From IMG/VR virus record IMGVR_UViG_3300027819_000006: 64,000 nucleotides of DNA; one strand, given 5' to 3'. This DNA comes from a virus (taxonomy: Duplodnaviria > Caudoviricetes). A model generated the notes under the pieces. The model ran no database searches and was not told where the DNA came from. It worked only from the letters and a program-made list of their open reading frames with translations. Position numbers and translations under genes: made by a program. This document shows, one piece after another, positions 18,284 through 28,220 of the stretch. Within the stretch, counting starts at the first letter, position 1, and each line of letters begins with the position of its first letter.

Positions 18284-18721
18284 TCATTTCTCCTTCTTGA
18301 AATTTAATTTTAGTATTTTCTGTAGCCTTAAACTTGTTATATTGACAATAAATTTTTGCCATTTTCTACCAATTTCAGTAAATTCTTTTTCAGTCAACCA
18401 TTTTGTATCTTTTGTTTCATAGTGAGGCTCATCAAAATCATCTATATTGTGAACACTGCAAGCATATACAGTCATTGGATTGAATTTGCCTATTTTATGT
18501 ATATTTTCTATATTTGTTTCTTTTAATCCTAATTCTTCTTTTCCTTCTCTAATAGCAGCATCTAATTCTGTTTCTCCGTCATCTATCATTCCTTTTGCTA
18601 TCTGATATTCTAACGATCCAAAATTTTGATCACTCGGTCTCATGAACAGAAAATGAAACTCATCATCTTTTATATAAAATGGAATCATTGCAGCTCTATT
18701 TTTCTTTTCATCTACAGACAT
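18284..18721 (-). CDS. Nudix hydrolase
   Basis: Nudix box GMIDDGETELDAAIREGKEELGL. Confidence 0.9.
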   Translation of the reverse strand: MSVDEKKNRAAMIPFYIKDDEFHFLFMRPSDQNFGSLEYQIAKGMIDDGETELDAAIREGKEELGLKETNIENIHKIGKFNPMTVYACSVHNIDDFDEPHYETKDTKWLTEKEFTEIGRKWQKFIVNITSLRLQKILKLNFKKEK

Positions 18722-19427
18722 TCGATTAAATCCTCTTTTGGAATTTTAACTCCATACACTTTGCCAATACCGAATAAATTGCAACAATATAGACCATTTG
18801 GCTGAGAAGTGATTTCATCTAAAGAATTAACAGCAAGAGTCTTCTTAATATCTGGTCCATAATGAACAGGATATGTTCTATTAGAATGTTTTAGTTTAAA
18901 CTTTTTCATCTTCAGATTCCTCCTCGCCTACAAATAGATTATCATTTTTAAAAATGTGCAACTGATAAGAATCTGTATTTTTTGAAAATAGCTTTGACCA
19001 CATGCTTTTCTTAGCTATGACTGCAACATATTCTTTGTCTAATTTTAATCTCAATTCCTCAGTAATATGTTCATCGCAAGCAAGACGTAATAAAACAGCA
19101 GATTTCACTTTGTTAAATTCTTCTTGCATTTGCTCTAAATCTAATGACCATATACTAGGCATACTAAATCTCCTTAGATGACTCATGTTTAGATGTTAGA
19201 TCTTCATCTGGAATTTCAATGTTGAAAACCATTCTGTCTGATCTGTGCAGAGTGAATAGATTTGTATTTTCTTTGAGTAATACATCTTTTCTGTTAAGTT
19301 CAATTTGTCCCACAATAGACTTATTTTTATAGTTTCTATTCTTAACATCATAACCAGAAACATGATAGAAATTATATGTCTTAGATTCTTTAACTCTGTG
19401 AATGGTTCCAGTGATGTAGTAGCTCAT
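18712..19427 (-). CDS. three small hypothetical proteins (18712-18909, 18896-19186, 19164-19427)
   Basis: overlapping coupled ORFs behind promoter. Confidence 0.55.
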
Positions 19428-19464
19428 ATTGTCCTTTCAGTATTTTGTTATTTATAATATTTTA

Positions 19465-19498
19465 AATATAAACAATCTATACTCAAATGTAAACAACT
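19465..19498 (-). promoter_or_regulatory. conserved phage promoter motif
   Basis: AGTTGTTTACATTTGAGTATAGATTGTTTATATT. Confidence 0.8.
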
Positions 19499-19814
19499 AT
19501 TTTTAGAAAATATTAAAAGCTACACATAGATATTATCTATACATAACTTTTTTAACTCATTTTATTGTTGCATCAAAACACCCTTTTAAGCAGTTTCAAC
19601 GGCTTCATTCATTGAACTCATTACTGCTGCTCCACATCCAGAACAGAATTTATTTGAGCTTTCATTTAAAGCATCAGTTAGTTTAATATTGAGCAAATTT
19701 ATATCTTGAAAATCAGATTGCCATATTTTTACAAATTTACATTTTAAAATATTTATTATATTTTGTTCTCTAATGTTGTCTCTTTCTATCTATTCATTAT
19801 TGAATAGATGTTAA

Positions 19815-19890
19815 TTGCGGGAACATTCAGATTTTAACTGAAATTACCAGGGTTTGGAATCCTGCATTTTGTCTTTTAAACTATGTTCCC
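19815..19890 (-). tRNA. tRNA-Trp(CCA)
   Basis: CAGGA-TT-CCA-AA-CCCTG arm, GGGAACA/TGTTCCC acceptor; 3' GCAA. Confidence 0.75.
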
Positions 19891-19910
19891 ATGTTTCATT
19901 TTAATACAAA

Positions 19911-20528
19911 CTATACAAATTTTAAAAAATAGTTCCAATCTTCTCTATTTTTCAGATCAACAACCTTTTGAAATTTATTGATCCATTGTGGTTTAGATGG
20001 CTTTTTTAACAGCTTAAAACCAACTTCTTCTAAACTTTTGTTGCCTTTGTATTCATTGCAGTTTTTACAACATGCAACACAATTAGAAAAACTGCTACTT
20101 CCACCAGAAGCTTTCGGAATTATATGATCAATTGTTAGCATATCTATATTATATTTTTTATAACAGAATTGACAAGTATAAGAATCTCTCTGCAGTATAG
20201 ATGCTCGACTATACTTGACAAAATAACTTGGTAATTCATCTGTTCTATGAACTATAACAGAAGGAGCTAAATGTTTATATTTTGGAGAATGAACTATATG
20301 ATATTTATCTTCTGGCAATCTATCTGATATTCTCACTAATTCGTCATAATCAATAGCTGAAAGTTTTGATCCTACTAAATTGTTAAACTTGTCATATACA
20401 TCTTCTGTAAGAACCATTTTAGCATAATTCTTATATATTAGTCCGAAAGCTGTTCTTACATCTGTAATGTTCAGAGCAATCCAGCTCCTGTTAATACAGA
20501 GAGTTTCCCTATTCAATAAAGAACTCAT
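19911..20528 (-). CDS. HNH endonuclease (McrA-like)
   Basis: RDSYTCQFC, TIDHIIPKASGG, NCVACCKNCN. Confidence 0.9.
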   Translation of the reverse strand: MSSLLNRETLCINRSWIALNITDVRTAFGLIYKNYAKMVLTEDVYDKFNNLVGSKLSAIDYDELVRISDRLPEDKYHIVHSPKYKHLAPSVIVHRTDELPSYFVKYSRASILQRDSYTCQFCYKKYNIDMLTIDHIIPKASGGSSSFSNCVACCKNCNEYKGNKSLEEVGFKLLKKPSKPQWINKFQKVVDLKNREDWNYFLKFV

Positions 20529-20532
20529 TTTA

Positions 20533-20796
20533 TCAATCCCAATTTAAAAAATCTGAATGCTCTAAACAGACGCATCTATCATATTTAGCACTGCCAAGCA
20601 TAGATTGATTAATGATGCCTAAGTCTAAACATGCTTGACAAGGAATAACTTTATAGCAAAATGCACAAATTATTCCTTTTTTTTCAGCAGTTCTAATAAC
20701 TGGACATTTACAATTGCACTTTTCGCTGTATACATAACTGAAAATATGACTAAATGCTAATTTTATTCTTTCATTTTTAGCAGTACTATAACTCAT
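20533..20796 (-). CDS. Cys-rich hypothetical protein
   Basis: several CxC and CxxC pairs. Confidence 0.55.
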   Translation of the reverse strand: MSYSTAKNERIKLAFSHIFSYVYSEKCNCKCPVIRTAEKKGIICAFCYKVIPCQACLDLGIINQSMLGSAKYDRCVCLEHSDFLNWD

Positions 20797-21470
20797 TTTG
20801 CTGTTTTCTTTCTATTAGCAGAACTAGTTTTTTTATCCCAACTTTTTCTATTTCTATATGTAAATTTTGGTTCGATAATCTCATCCACCCAGCCATATTC
20901 TAGAGCTTGCTCGCTAGAAATGTACCATTCACGCTCTTCGTTAATTTTAGCTTCTATTTCTTTTTCAGACAAATTTGACTGTTCGCTTAAAAGTTTTAGA
21001 ATTCTTCTCCATAGATCTTCTAAATTTTTAGCATGGCTTAATGTAGATTTAGCATCTGCATCAACTATTCCAGCACTGATATTATGCATCATCAAAGTTG
21101 TATTTTTATAGCAATATCTTTTTAGACCAGAAACTAGAATTATAAATGCTCCAGAGCAACATTCTCCAATACCAATGGTTCTTACAGCACAAGTACCAGA
21201 TCTTATATAGTCAGATATGAACATTGATACTTGAGCATCACCACCTGGGGAATTTATGTATAGATCAATAGGTTCTTTCTCTTCTTTAATTTTTAACAAT
21301 TCACATTGTAACCATACTGTCTCTATAGCATTTTCTGTGATCAGACCATTCATTATTACATATCGGTTATCTAAAGCTGCTTTTTTGCATTCATATATGA
21401 GACTATTATCTGGATCATCAAATTTTTCATCAGCTTCAAGATCATATTGCATGCTCTTCACCACAGTCAA
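20793..21470 (-). CDS. clpP: ClpP-family serine protease
   Basis: LYINSPGG, GECCSG (Ser), MMHN (His), EWYISSEQALEYGWVD. Confidence 0.9.
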   Translation of the reverse strand: MTVVKSMQYDLEADEKFDDPDNSLIYECKKAALDNRYVIMNGLITENAIETVWLQCELLKIKEEKEPIDLYINSPGGDAQVSMFISDYIRSGTCAVRTIGIGECCSGAFIILVSGLKRYCYKNTTLMMHNISAGIVDADAKSTLSHAKNLEDLWRRILKLLSEQSNLSEKEIEAKINEEREWYISSEQALEYGWVDEIIEPKFTYRNRKSWDKKTSSANRKKTAK

Positions 21471-21484
21471 CGTCTCCTAAAATT

Positions 21485-21515
21485 AATGGGCAGAAAATTT
21501 AATCTCTGCCCATTT
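21485..21515 (-). terminator. intrinsic terminator-like hairpin
   Basis: ATGGGCAGA/TCTGCCCAT stem with flanking A/T runs. Confidence 0.55.
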
Positions 21516-21541
21516 TTACATCTTTTAGCATTACATATATT

Positions 21542-22177
21542 CTACAGATTAAATCCTACAGCTATTCTTTGAAGTTTTGAATCTCTGATATCTTCAAAAT
21601 TATACGCTACATAAACATGTTTTGTCATGTTTAGAGAAACTACTCCAACATTGTCAAACTTATGAACATCTAAAGTTCTGTCAACATTCCAAGAAGTCTT
21701 CCAGAATAGTTTTAGATCTCTGTTAGCATAATTAAATGTTGCCCACGATACTAATATTTTATGATCTACTTTGGCAAAATTCTGATCTAAATCTTGTTTA
21801 TATCCTAAATTTGCAGAAAAATATTTTGTTACATTTGCACCAACACCAAGTACATACTCGTGATACTTTACTGTATCATATGTATATTTGTATGAACCAG
21901 ATAGATTTACTAGAGATACTCTTCTTGATAAGTCTACTGTTCCATTTGCTCTGTATTTTTTACCATTGATATGCACATATTTGCCATAAATTGCTACTGC
22001 AACTTTATTGACATTCAGATTATGATTTACAAACAAGCTTTTTTGATCAACTGAATTATCTTTCATCCAAGAAAAATCAGCATTCAAAGCATGAGCAAAC
22101 TTAGGTAAAGCTATTAATGACAGTGTAATTGCTAAAATTGTTGCGAATATTTTCATATATTGTACTCCTCTATTCAA
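21542..22177 (-). CDS. secreted, probable outer-membrane beta-barrel-like protein
   Basis: signal peptide AHA, alternating aromatic/polar strands, C-terminal IAVGFNL. Confidence 0.55.
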   Translation of the reverse strand: MNRGVQYMKIFATILAITLSLIALPKFAHALNADFSWMKDNSVDQKSLFVNHNLNVNKVAVAIYGKYVHINGKKYRANGTVDLSRRVSLVNLSGSYKYTYDTVKYHEYVLGVGANVTKYFSANLGYKQDLDQNFAKVDHKILVSWATFNYANRDLKLFWKTSWNVDRTLDVHKFDNVGVVSLNMTKHVYVAYNFEDIRDSKLQRIAVGFNL

Positions 22178-22646
22178 TGATTTCTAAAATTGTGAATTTT
22201 TTGCTTATGGGAACTGTGTATACCAAACTACTTGTCAGCATGATATCTTTAAAATAGTCATTATTTTCATCTAGAAATTCTAAATCAAATATCACCTCCT
22301 TAGGATTTATTTCTTCTCTTATCACTATTCCAAATTGATTTGCTGAGTCTTCTTTCTTTAAAGCATTCTTTCTTGCTGTATTGACATCTTTGTACCATTC
22401 AAAGATAGTTGTTTCTATATTTTTTTTCTGCTTCATGTCATTAAAATTAGCATATGAATTGCTGTTTCTGTTATCAGAAAGTATTAATCCTTTGTAGAGA
22501 ATATAGCTGTCTGAATCGACAAATTCTTGTATCCTACCTGACATATTTATAACTTCATTAATATTTTTTTGCTTTCTAGTTAACCATTTCAAAATTCTAT
22601 AATATTCTAGAGTTTTGTTTTCTACTATTATATCAGATAAGTTCAT
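22170..22646 (-). CDS. hypothetical protein
   Basis: 158-aa ORF. Confidence 0.55.
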   Translation of the reverse strand: MNLSDIIVENKTLEYYRILKWLTRKQKNINEVINMSGRIQEFVDSDSYILYKGLILSDNRNSNSYANFNDMKQKKNIETTIFEWYKDVNTARKNALKKEDSANQFGIVIREEINPKEVIFDLEFLDENNDYFKDIMLTSSLVYTVPISKKFTILEIIE

Positions 22647-22797
22647 ATGTTTAAATTTTATACAACTAAGTGTTTATATTTTATACAGTTATAGTCTTTT
22701 AAATTTAATTTGTTCAATCGTAGAAATTTAAATCATAAAATTTGTACATCCACTATTCAGCTAATATTAAATATTAGTGAGCTTTTAAACTTGTACC

Positions 22798-24111
22798 TTA
22801 ATATGTTTTACCAAAACTTGTAACAAACGTAAAAAAGTCATTAATGTTTACTGCTTTGTCATCATTAAAATCTCCACGAAGATCTGAATCAGACCAGTAT
22901 TCTTGAAAAATCCAAAAGTCTTGCAGTGTTACAACTCCATCTGCATCAAGATCTGGAATTGGTGCTGCAACTTTCAAACTTTCTTTAACATCTGTAAACT
23001 TGCCTACAAGAATATTTGGAAGTTTAGTATTTGCATTCTTTCCATTTACATATAGAATATTTCTCATTTCTAAACTATTTAGGGGTTCTCTTCCCAATGA
23101 TTTTCTTGCAGAACTTATATTTGTTGCTATAGCTCCTGCAAATGCTCCTGCAACAGAGGTTCCTCCAAAACTACTTGTATACCATCTATTTTTATTTGTA
23201 CTATTTACAAGATCTCCTCTACCACAAGTTGTGATATCTACTCCTGGACAGCATATATCAACCCTTGAACCATATGAAGTAATACCAGAAGGGCCTATAT
23301 AATCATCTTTTATATAAGCTGCCGCAACAAAAATAGCACCAGAATCTCTAAAATTTCTATCAAATTTTCTTCCAAATTTTAGATCATCTAAATCTGTATT
23401 TGTATTCCCGACTGGTTCTATTACAATTATTCCTTTATCAATACAATATTTTATTCCATCATATACATAATCTGCATATTCAACTGGAACATGTTCATTA
23501 TTAAATTGTAAAGCACATTCAAAAAATATTACATCACCTTTACTTAATTTATCTCCTGCAGTTAATAAAGAATCCAATAAATTATATGTGCTAGCAAAGC
23601 TTATTTCTGCATCTTGACACAACCCATTTATGCCAAATTTATTATTTTGTGCAGCTAATATCCCAAGAACTTCCGTACCATGATCTGTATAGCTGTCTCC
23701 ATCTATCATAGGTCCATTTATAAAACCAACATGTTTCCATATTAAATCTTCATGTAAAAAATTACAATTACCATCTATTATACAGACTTTAATTCCAGAA
23801 CCAGATAAATCTTTTCTCCATAGAGGATAATTCAAAGATTTGATTATTTGTGCCCAATAAGAAGTTAAATCTGGAGTTACATCATTCTCTTTCAAGTCCA
23901 TGATTACTGCTGTACTAACTTTTGTTGGTTCTTCATGATAGCTATCTATATATTGTGAATTTTTTGTAATTTGATCTAAAGAATCTACTGAAAAATAACA
24001 TTTTAGACTATCAGAAACATTTCTATGCTCATATGGAAAATAGAAATCCTCTGATTTTAATTTTAGTATCAATTCTTTTGTATATTGTTTTAACTTTCCT
24101 ATATAGCGCAT
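22798..24111 (-). CDS. subtilisin-like S8 peptidase with C-terminal dockerin/EF-hand-like repeat
   Basis: IIDG, DHGTEVLG, GN oxyanion, GGTSVAG; DLDADGVVTLQDF and DFNDDKAVNINDF. Confidence 0.88.
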   Translation of the reverse strand: MRYIGKLKQYTKELILKLKSEDFYFPYEHRNVSDSLKCYFSVDSLDQITKNSQYIDSYHEEPTKVSTAVIMDLKENDVTPDLTSYWAQIIKSLNYPLWRKDLSGSGIKVCIIDGNCNFLHEDLIWKHVGFINGPMIDGDSYTDHGTEVLGILAAQNNKFGINGLCQDAEISFASTYNLLDSLLTAGDKLSKGDVIFFECALQFNNEHVPVEYADYVYDGIKYCIDKGIIVIEPVGNTNTDLDDLKFGRKFDRNFRDSGAIFVAAAYIKDDYIGPSGITSYGSRVDICCPGVDITTCGRGDLVNSTNKNRWYTSSFGGTSVAGAFAGAIATNISSARKSLGREPLNSLEMRNILYVNGKNANTKLPNILVGKFTDVKESLKVAAPIPDLDADGVVTLQDFWIFQEYWSDSDLRGDFNDDKAVNINDFFTFVTSFGKTY

Positions 24112-24297
24112 TTAATTTCTCTATAATGTTTTGTTTTCTAGTGCTAATTGTAATTCTGTTAAAAACAAGTCAGACACACATGCAATCTGACATAGCAAGA
24201 TTCATTTTCGAGATGTGAAATTTCTACTGCATCTCTTTTAAGTATATTTCTGCCAAGAGTTCCTTGAATGAATTTCTTGCAAACATCACAAATGTAT

Positions 24298-24657
24298 TTA
24301 GTTTCTTTCATCTGCTGTTTTTCTATTTAGCAATTTTACTTTACTTGGATGAGATAGTTTAAAATCTTCTTCTATATCTTTTTCTACATCTTCTCTATAG
24401 CCAAAATAACCTTTCAGATATCTTTTGCATCTAGCATTGAATTCTATTTCATCATTTTCTTGTAAATTTAGTTTAGCAAACCCTTTTGTATATGAGAACC
24501 ATAGATGATCAGTTAAAATGTTACCTTCAGCATCTTTTACATCTTTCAGAAGTACAGTCTTTTCTGGTCCTCTATAGCCATTTTTAAGTCCAAATCTAGA
24601 AAATGTAGCTGTGAATTTTAATCTTTCTTCTTCTATTTTTTCTAATTGTTCTCTCAT
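24298..24657 (-). CDS. hypothetical protein
   Basis: 119-aa ORF, OB-fold-like pattern. Confidence 0.65.
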   Translation of the reverse strand: MREQLEKIEEERLKFTATFSRFGLKNGYRGPEKTVLLKDVKDAEGNILTDHLWFSYTKGFAKLNLQENDEIEFNARCKRYLKGYFGYREDVEKDIEEDFKLSHPSKVKLLNRKTADERN

Positions 24658-24664
24658 TTAAAAA

Positions 24665-25870
24665 CTAAATAAACTCCCAATGTTTTGTTTCTTGTCGAGC
24701 TTTAGGCATTTCTATATTTAATAGATTGTTTTCCCAATTCTGTTTTTGTTCTGAATCTAATTGGTCATATTCTAACTTTAGATTCCAAATACTCTTACAA
24801 CTTTCGTGATTCTTGCATAGCGCAGAGCATCCTGAAAATTTTTCTTTTTCTTCTATTAAATGCATAACTTTCATTCTATTTTCGACATCATTCCAAATAT
24901 CTATAAAACTCCTCTTATAAACATTGCCATATGAATACTTCAGATGCCCACGAGTATTAGGACACACAAAAATTTCTCCTTGAGCACCTATACATGGAGT
25001 TAACTGACTACCATAGCATTTCTTATAGTGTCGACCAAAGTGAATAGGATCATCTATTAAGTCATTCAACTTATATTCGTTGATCTGAAATTTGTCTCCT
25101 AATATTTCTTTTGCTTGCTTTAATAGTGGTTTTATATCAGTTTCCCAGAATTCTACTTTTCTTTGAGTTTCTCCTTCTTTTTCTACACTGATTATTTCTG
25201 GCTTATATTGACAATAATCTACATCATAATTTTTAAACATGTTAGCAAAATCAATTATTTCAGTATAATTGTCAGGAGTTATAACAAATCCAGTACCTAT
25301 TACTGTTTTGCTATTTATTCGCTTTTTAGTTTCTATTAATTTAGACAGATTAGATAGCATTTTATTCCAATCTGTATTCTTGTTAGTAACTCTAATTCTA
25401 TTATATGTTTCTTCTGTTCCTGAATCTATTGAAAATCTGATCCATTCCATATATTTGCACATAGATTCAAATAGATCAAATTTATCTAGCATTACACCTG
25501 CTGTAAATATACCCATTTTAATGTCAGAATTTTGTCCAATATATTCTAGAACGGGTTTAAATGCGGGTGAAATTGTCGATTCTCCACCCCCTGTGAAGTT
25601 TGTGCTGCGTACTCCAATGCTTATAAGATCTTTTGCTATTTCTAATGCTTTTTCTTTTTGCATTATAGATCTGTCAAATGTTTCAGAATTCTTATATTTA
25701 TCGAAATGAATATGCGCTGACAGGCAGAAGAAACACGAGTGCATACAGCTATTTGACAAGTCCCACTCTATAAGCACTGGAGGTGGATGATTTCCTTTTA
25801 TTAGCTCGATTGTTCTATCTATATTAGCTATTATTTTTTGCTGAGGAGAGAAGATTTTTAAATTTTTCAT
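24665..25870 (-). CDS. radical SAM/SPASM protein
   Basis: CMHSCFFC, FTGGGE, C-terminal Cys cluster with YGNV..SFIDIWN. Confidence 0.92.
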   Translation of the reverse strand: MKNLKIFSPQQKIIANIDRTIELIKGNHPPPVLIEWDLSNSCMHSCFFCLSAHIHFDKYKNSETFDRSIMQKEKALEIAKDLISIGVRSTNFTGGGESTISPAFKPVLEYIGQNSDIKMGIFTAGVMLDKFDLFESMCKYMEWIRFSIDSGTEETYNRIRVTNKNTDWNKMLSNLSKLIETKKRINSKTVIGTGFVITPDNYTEIIDFANMFKNYDVDYCQYKPEIISVEKEGETQRKVEFWETDIKPLLKQAKEILGDKFQINEYKLNDLIDDPIHFGRHYKKCYGSQLTPCIGAQGEIFVCPNTRGHLKYSYGNVYKRSFIDIWNDVENRMKVMHLIEEKEKFSGCSALCKNHESCKSIWNLKLEYDQLDSEQKQNWENNLLNIEMPKARQETKHWEFI

Positions 25871-26855
25871 ATTAAATTCAATTCTTTCATTTTGCTATTA
25901 TCCCATATCTCTATTGGAACATCTATATTGTTTTTAGCAAAAATGAGTTTATTTTTTGATTTTTCATCCATGTATCCTTTTACTTCTATTATTTTTGTAA
26001 GTAAATTATTTTCGAATATAAAGAAATCTCCTCTATAATGATTGTTTTTATCTTGCACTACATTCATATATTCGTATTTCCATACTATATTATTATCATC
26101 TAAATAGCAACTTTTAGCTCCCAAGACGATCTCATCCAAATATCATTATAATATCCACCTTTGCCAATGCCTGCATTTTTATATGCTGGCTCGCCATAAT
26201 GATGATGATTTTCACCTCTCAAATGATCATTACAATGCTGTTCCCACATTTCTAAAGCTTTTTCTCTACCATATTTATCTGTCCAAATATCCAATATAGA
26301 TATACCATACATAGGATTTCCTTCTCCTACATACAGTATCTTATTCCTTTCACTAGTTTTTATAGATATTGCTTTTAATCTATCATCTGTATCTTTAGTC
26401 AATCCTTTATTCCAATTTGGACTTATTATATTTGAGCAAGACATGCAATATAATTCATTCCTACCTATCTCTTTATAGCAAAAAATACATCTACCTTTGC
26501 AGTCTTTGCATATATAAGTATTATTGTTCCATGACAATTTATTTCCACAATACATGCAAAGTTTATCTATAGTGGGAACATGTCTGCATTCTGGGCACGC
26601 ATCATAATCATATTTTATTGTTAAATAATGTAATACTTTATTACAAAATCTGCATCTTTTTCTATCATTGTCTACACACTCACAGCATCTAGTTCGCTCT
26701 TTTGAAGAATTATTACCTAATTTATTATTACAACTTTCACATCTTCTAATTATAATTAATTTTGATTTCTCCAATAAACAATGTTTGCAAACTCCATGGC
26801 TATTTTTATTACCTAATCTATTACTGCACCCTTCTTCTTTACAAAATCTTATCAC
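25867..26855 (-). pseudogene. frameshifted Cys-rich homing-type PD-(D/E)XK endonuclease
   Basis: 26100-26855 ends WMRSSWELKVA; 25867-26139 continues YLDDNNIVWKYE..GDFFI..IIEVKG in another frame. Confidence 0.75.
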
Positions 26856-26874
26856 TTTCTCTTCTCCATAAATA

Positions 26875-26963
26875 GAAATAGCTTATAGGTGTCTGAAAAA
26901 TACAAATTACTGTACTTTTTCCTATAAGCTATTTCATTATTTATAGCTTGTATTTTTCAGACA
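26875..26963 (-). repeat. interleaved double inverted repeat (A-B-A'-B'), copy 1
   Basis: 15-bp IR 26875-26889/26921-26935 and 16-bp IR 26890-26905/26948-26963, both perfect. Confidence 0.9.
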
Positions 26964-27050
26964 ATATAAATATATCTATTATAGAAGAAAAGACATTAAA
27001 AACTAATAATTTCTCCTTTTATTAAATCATGAATACAGATTTCATATCTT

Positions 27051-27845
27051 TTAAAGTTGTTGATTACTGTGATATCCGCTTAAATGATCTACATAAAAAT
27101 CAAAATTATTTACACTTTTCAAACATGTTATATTTTCCATATCAAATAAATTATGCCCAGCTATATGTTCTCCTGGCTGCATACTAGAAAATATATATGG
27201 TACTTTTACAAATAGCTCTCTGTGACATAAATGTGCACTTCCATAAGCATTGTCTTTTGTAGTGCATTTATAGAATTTGTTATTGTGTTCATATAGTTGC
27301 ATCTCTTCATCTATATCTAAATGATTACTAAATATATACTTGTTATCATTTTCTTTGAATTTTCCTTTATAATCTACTACTTGTTTAGCTGGTGAATTAT
27401 ATTTTATTAATCTTGCTTCTATTTTATCTATTGGTAATTGTTCTAATCTCTGTGGAGAAAAATAGATATTTGAATCAGTTCTCATTATAAGCTCTATATC
27501 ATCTTTAATGTTTATATAAACAATCTGATCTGCATCATTATAGAAGAAAAATTCATATTTACTAAAATCTGAATCTACCTTATTCTGTACATATTTTACT
27601 ATTTCGTGCCACAGATGATTTGGTGGAACTGTATGTTCATCAAATTTAGCTATATAAAAATCTAATTCAAGACTTGTAAGATCTTTGTAATCTATGTCAT
27701 TTTGTACACCTACAACTATATCTGAAAACTGTTTCATAGATTTATAAGTTTCTATAAAGTAATCTATAGATTTTTCTTTAGGCAGAACTCTTGTATGTGG
27801 ATAGTTATCTTGAGCATAGTATGGTAAAATAGATAGATATTTCAA
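27051..27845 (-). CDS. glycosyltransferase-like protein
   Basis: FFYNDADQ (DxD-like), YVDHLSG; glycan island context. Confidence 0.5.
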   Translation of the reverse strand: MKYLSILPYYAQDNYPHTRVLPKEKSIDYFIETYKSMKQFSDIVVGVQNDIDYKDLTSLELDFYIAKFDEHTVPPNHLWHEIVKYVQNKVDSDFSKYEFFFYNDADQIVYINIKDDIELIMRTDSNIYFSPQRLEQLPIDKIEARLIKYNSPAKQVVDYKGKFKENDNKYIFSNHLDIDEEMQLYEHNNKFYKCTTKDNAYGSAHLCHRELFVKVPYIFSSMQPGEHIAGHNLFDMENITCLKSVNNFDFYVDHLSGYHSNQQL

Positions 27846-28220
27846 TTACAGTCTTCCATCTTTAGAGAATCTTTTAGCTTCATCTTCTATTACTTGTTTG
27901 CTCCTATTATAATCTGAAATCATCATTTCATAATCCATAGAATAGTCATTCTTCAACTGATACAAATGATACAATTCATGTCTCAAACTTTCTATTACGC
28001 TTGACAAATATCTTCCATTAACTTTAACATAGATTTGAAATATTCCGTTTACATCTTTTTCTAACAACCCTGAAGCTTTTGTGTTTATATGATCAACTAA
28101 ATTTATGTCTAATTTGATACTTTGTATTTTCAATCTAGCTACTATATTCTTTACTGCTCTTTTAATGTCTTCAGTATAGCTTTTTACTTCTTCATTTTTT
28201 GACTTAATTCTCAGAATCAT
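27846..28220 (-). CDS. HExxH metallopeptidase-like small protein
   Basis: LRHELYH..E motif. Confidence 0.55.
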   Translation of the reverse strand: MILRIKSKNEEVKSYTEDIKRAVKNIVARLKIQSIKLDINLVDHINTKASGLLEKDVNGIFQIYVKVNGRYLSSVIESLRHELYHLYQLKNDYSMDYEMMISDYNRSKQVIEDEAKRFSKDGRL

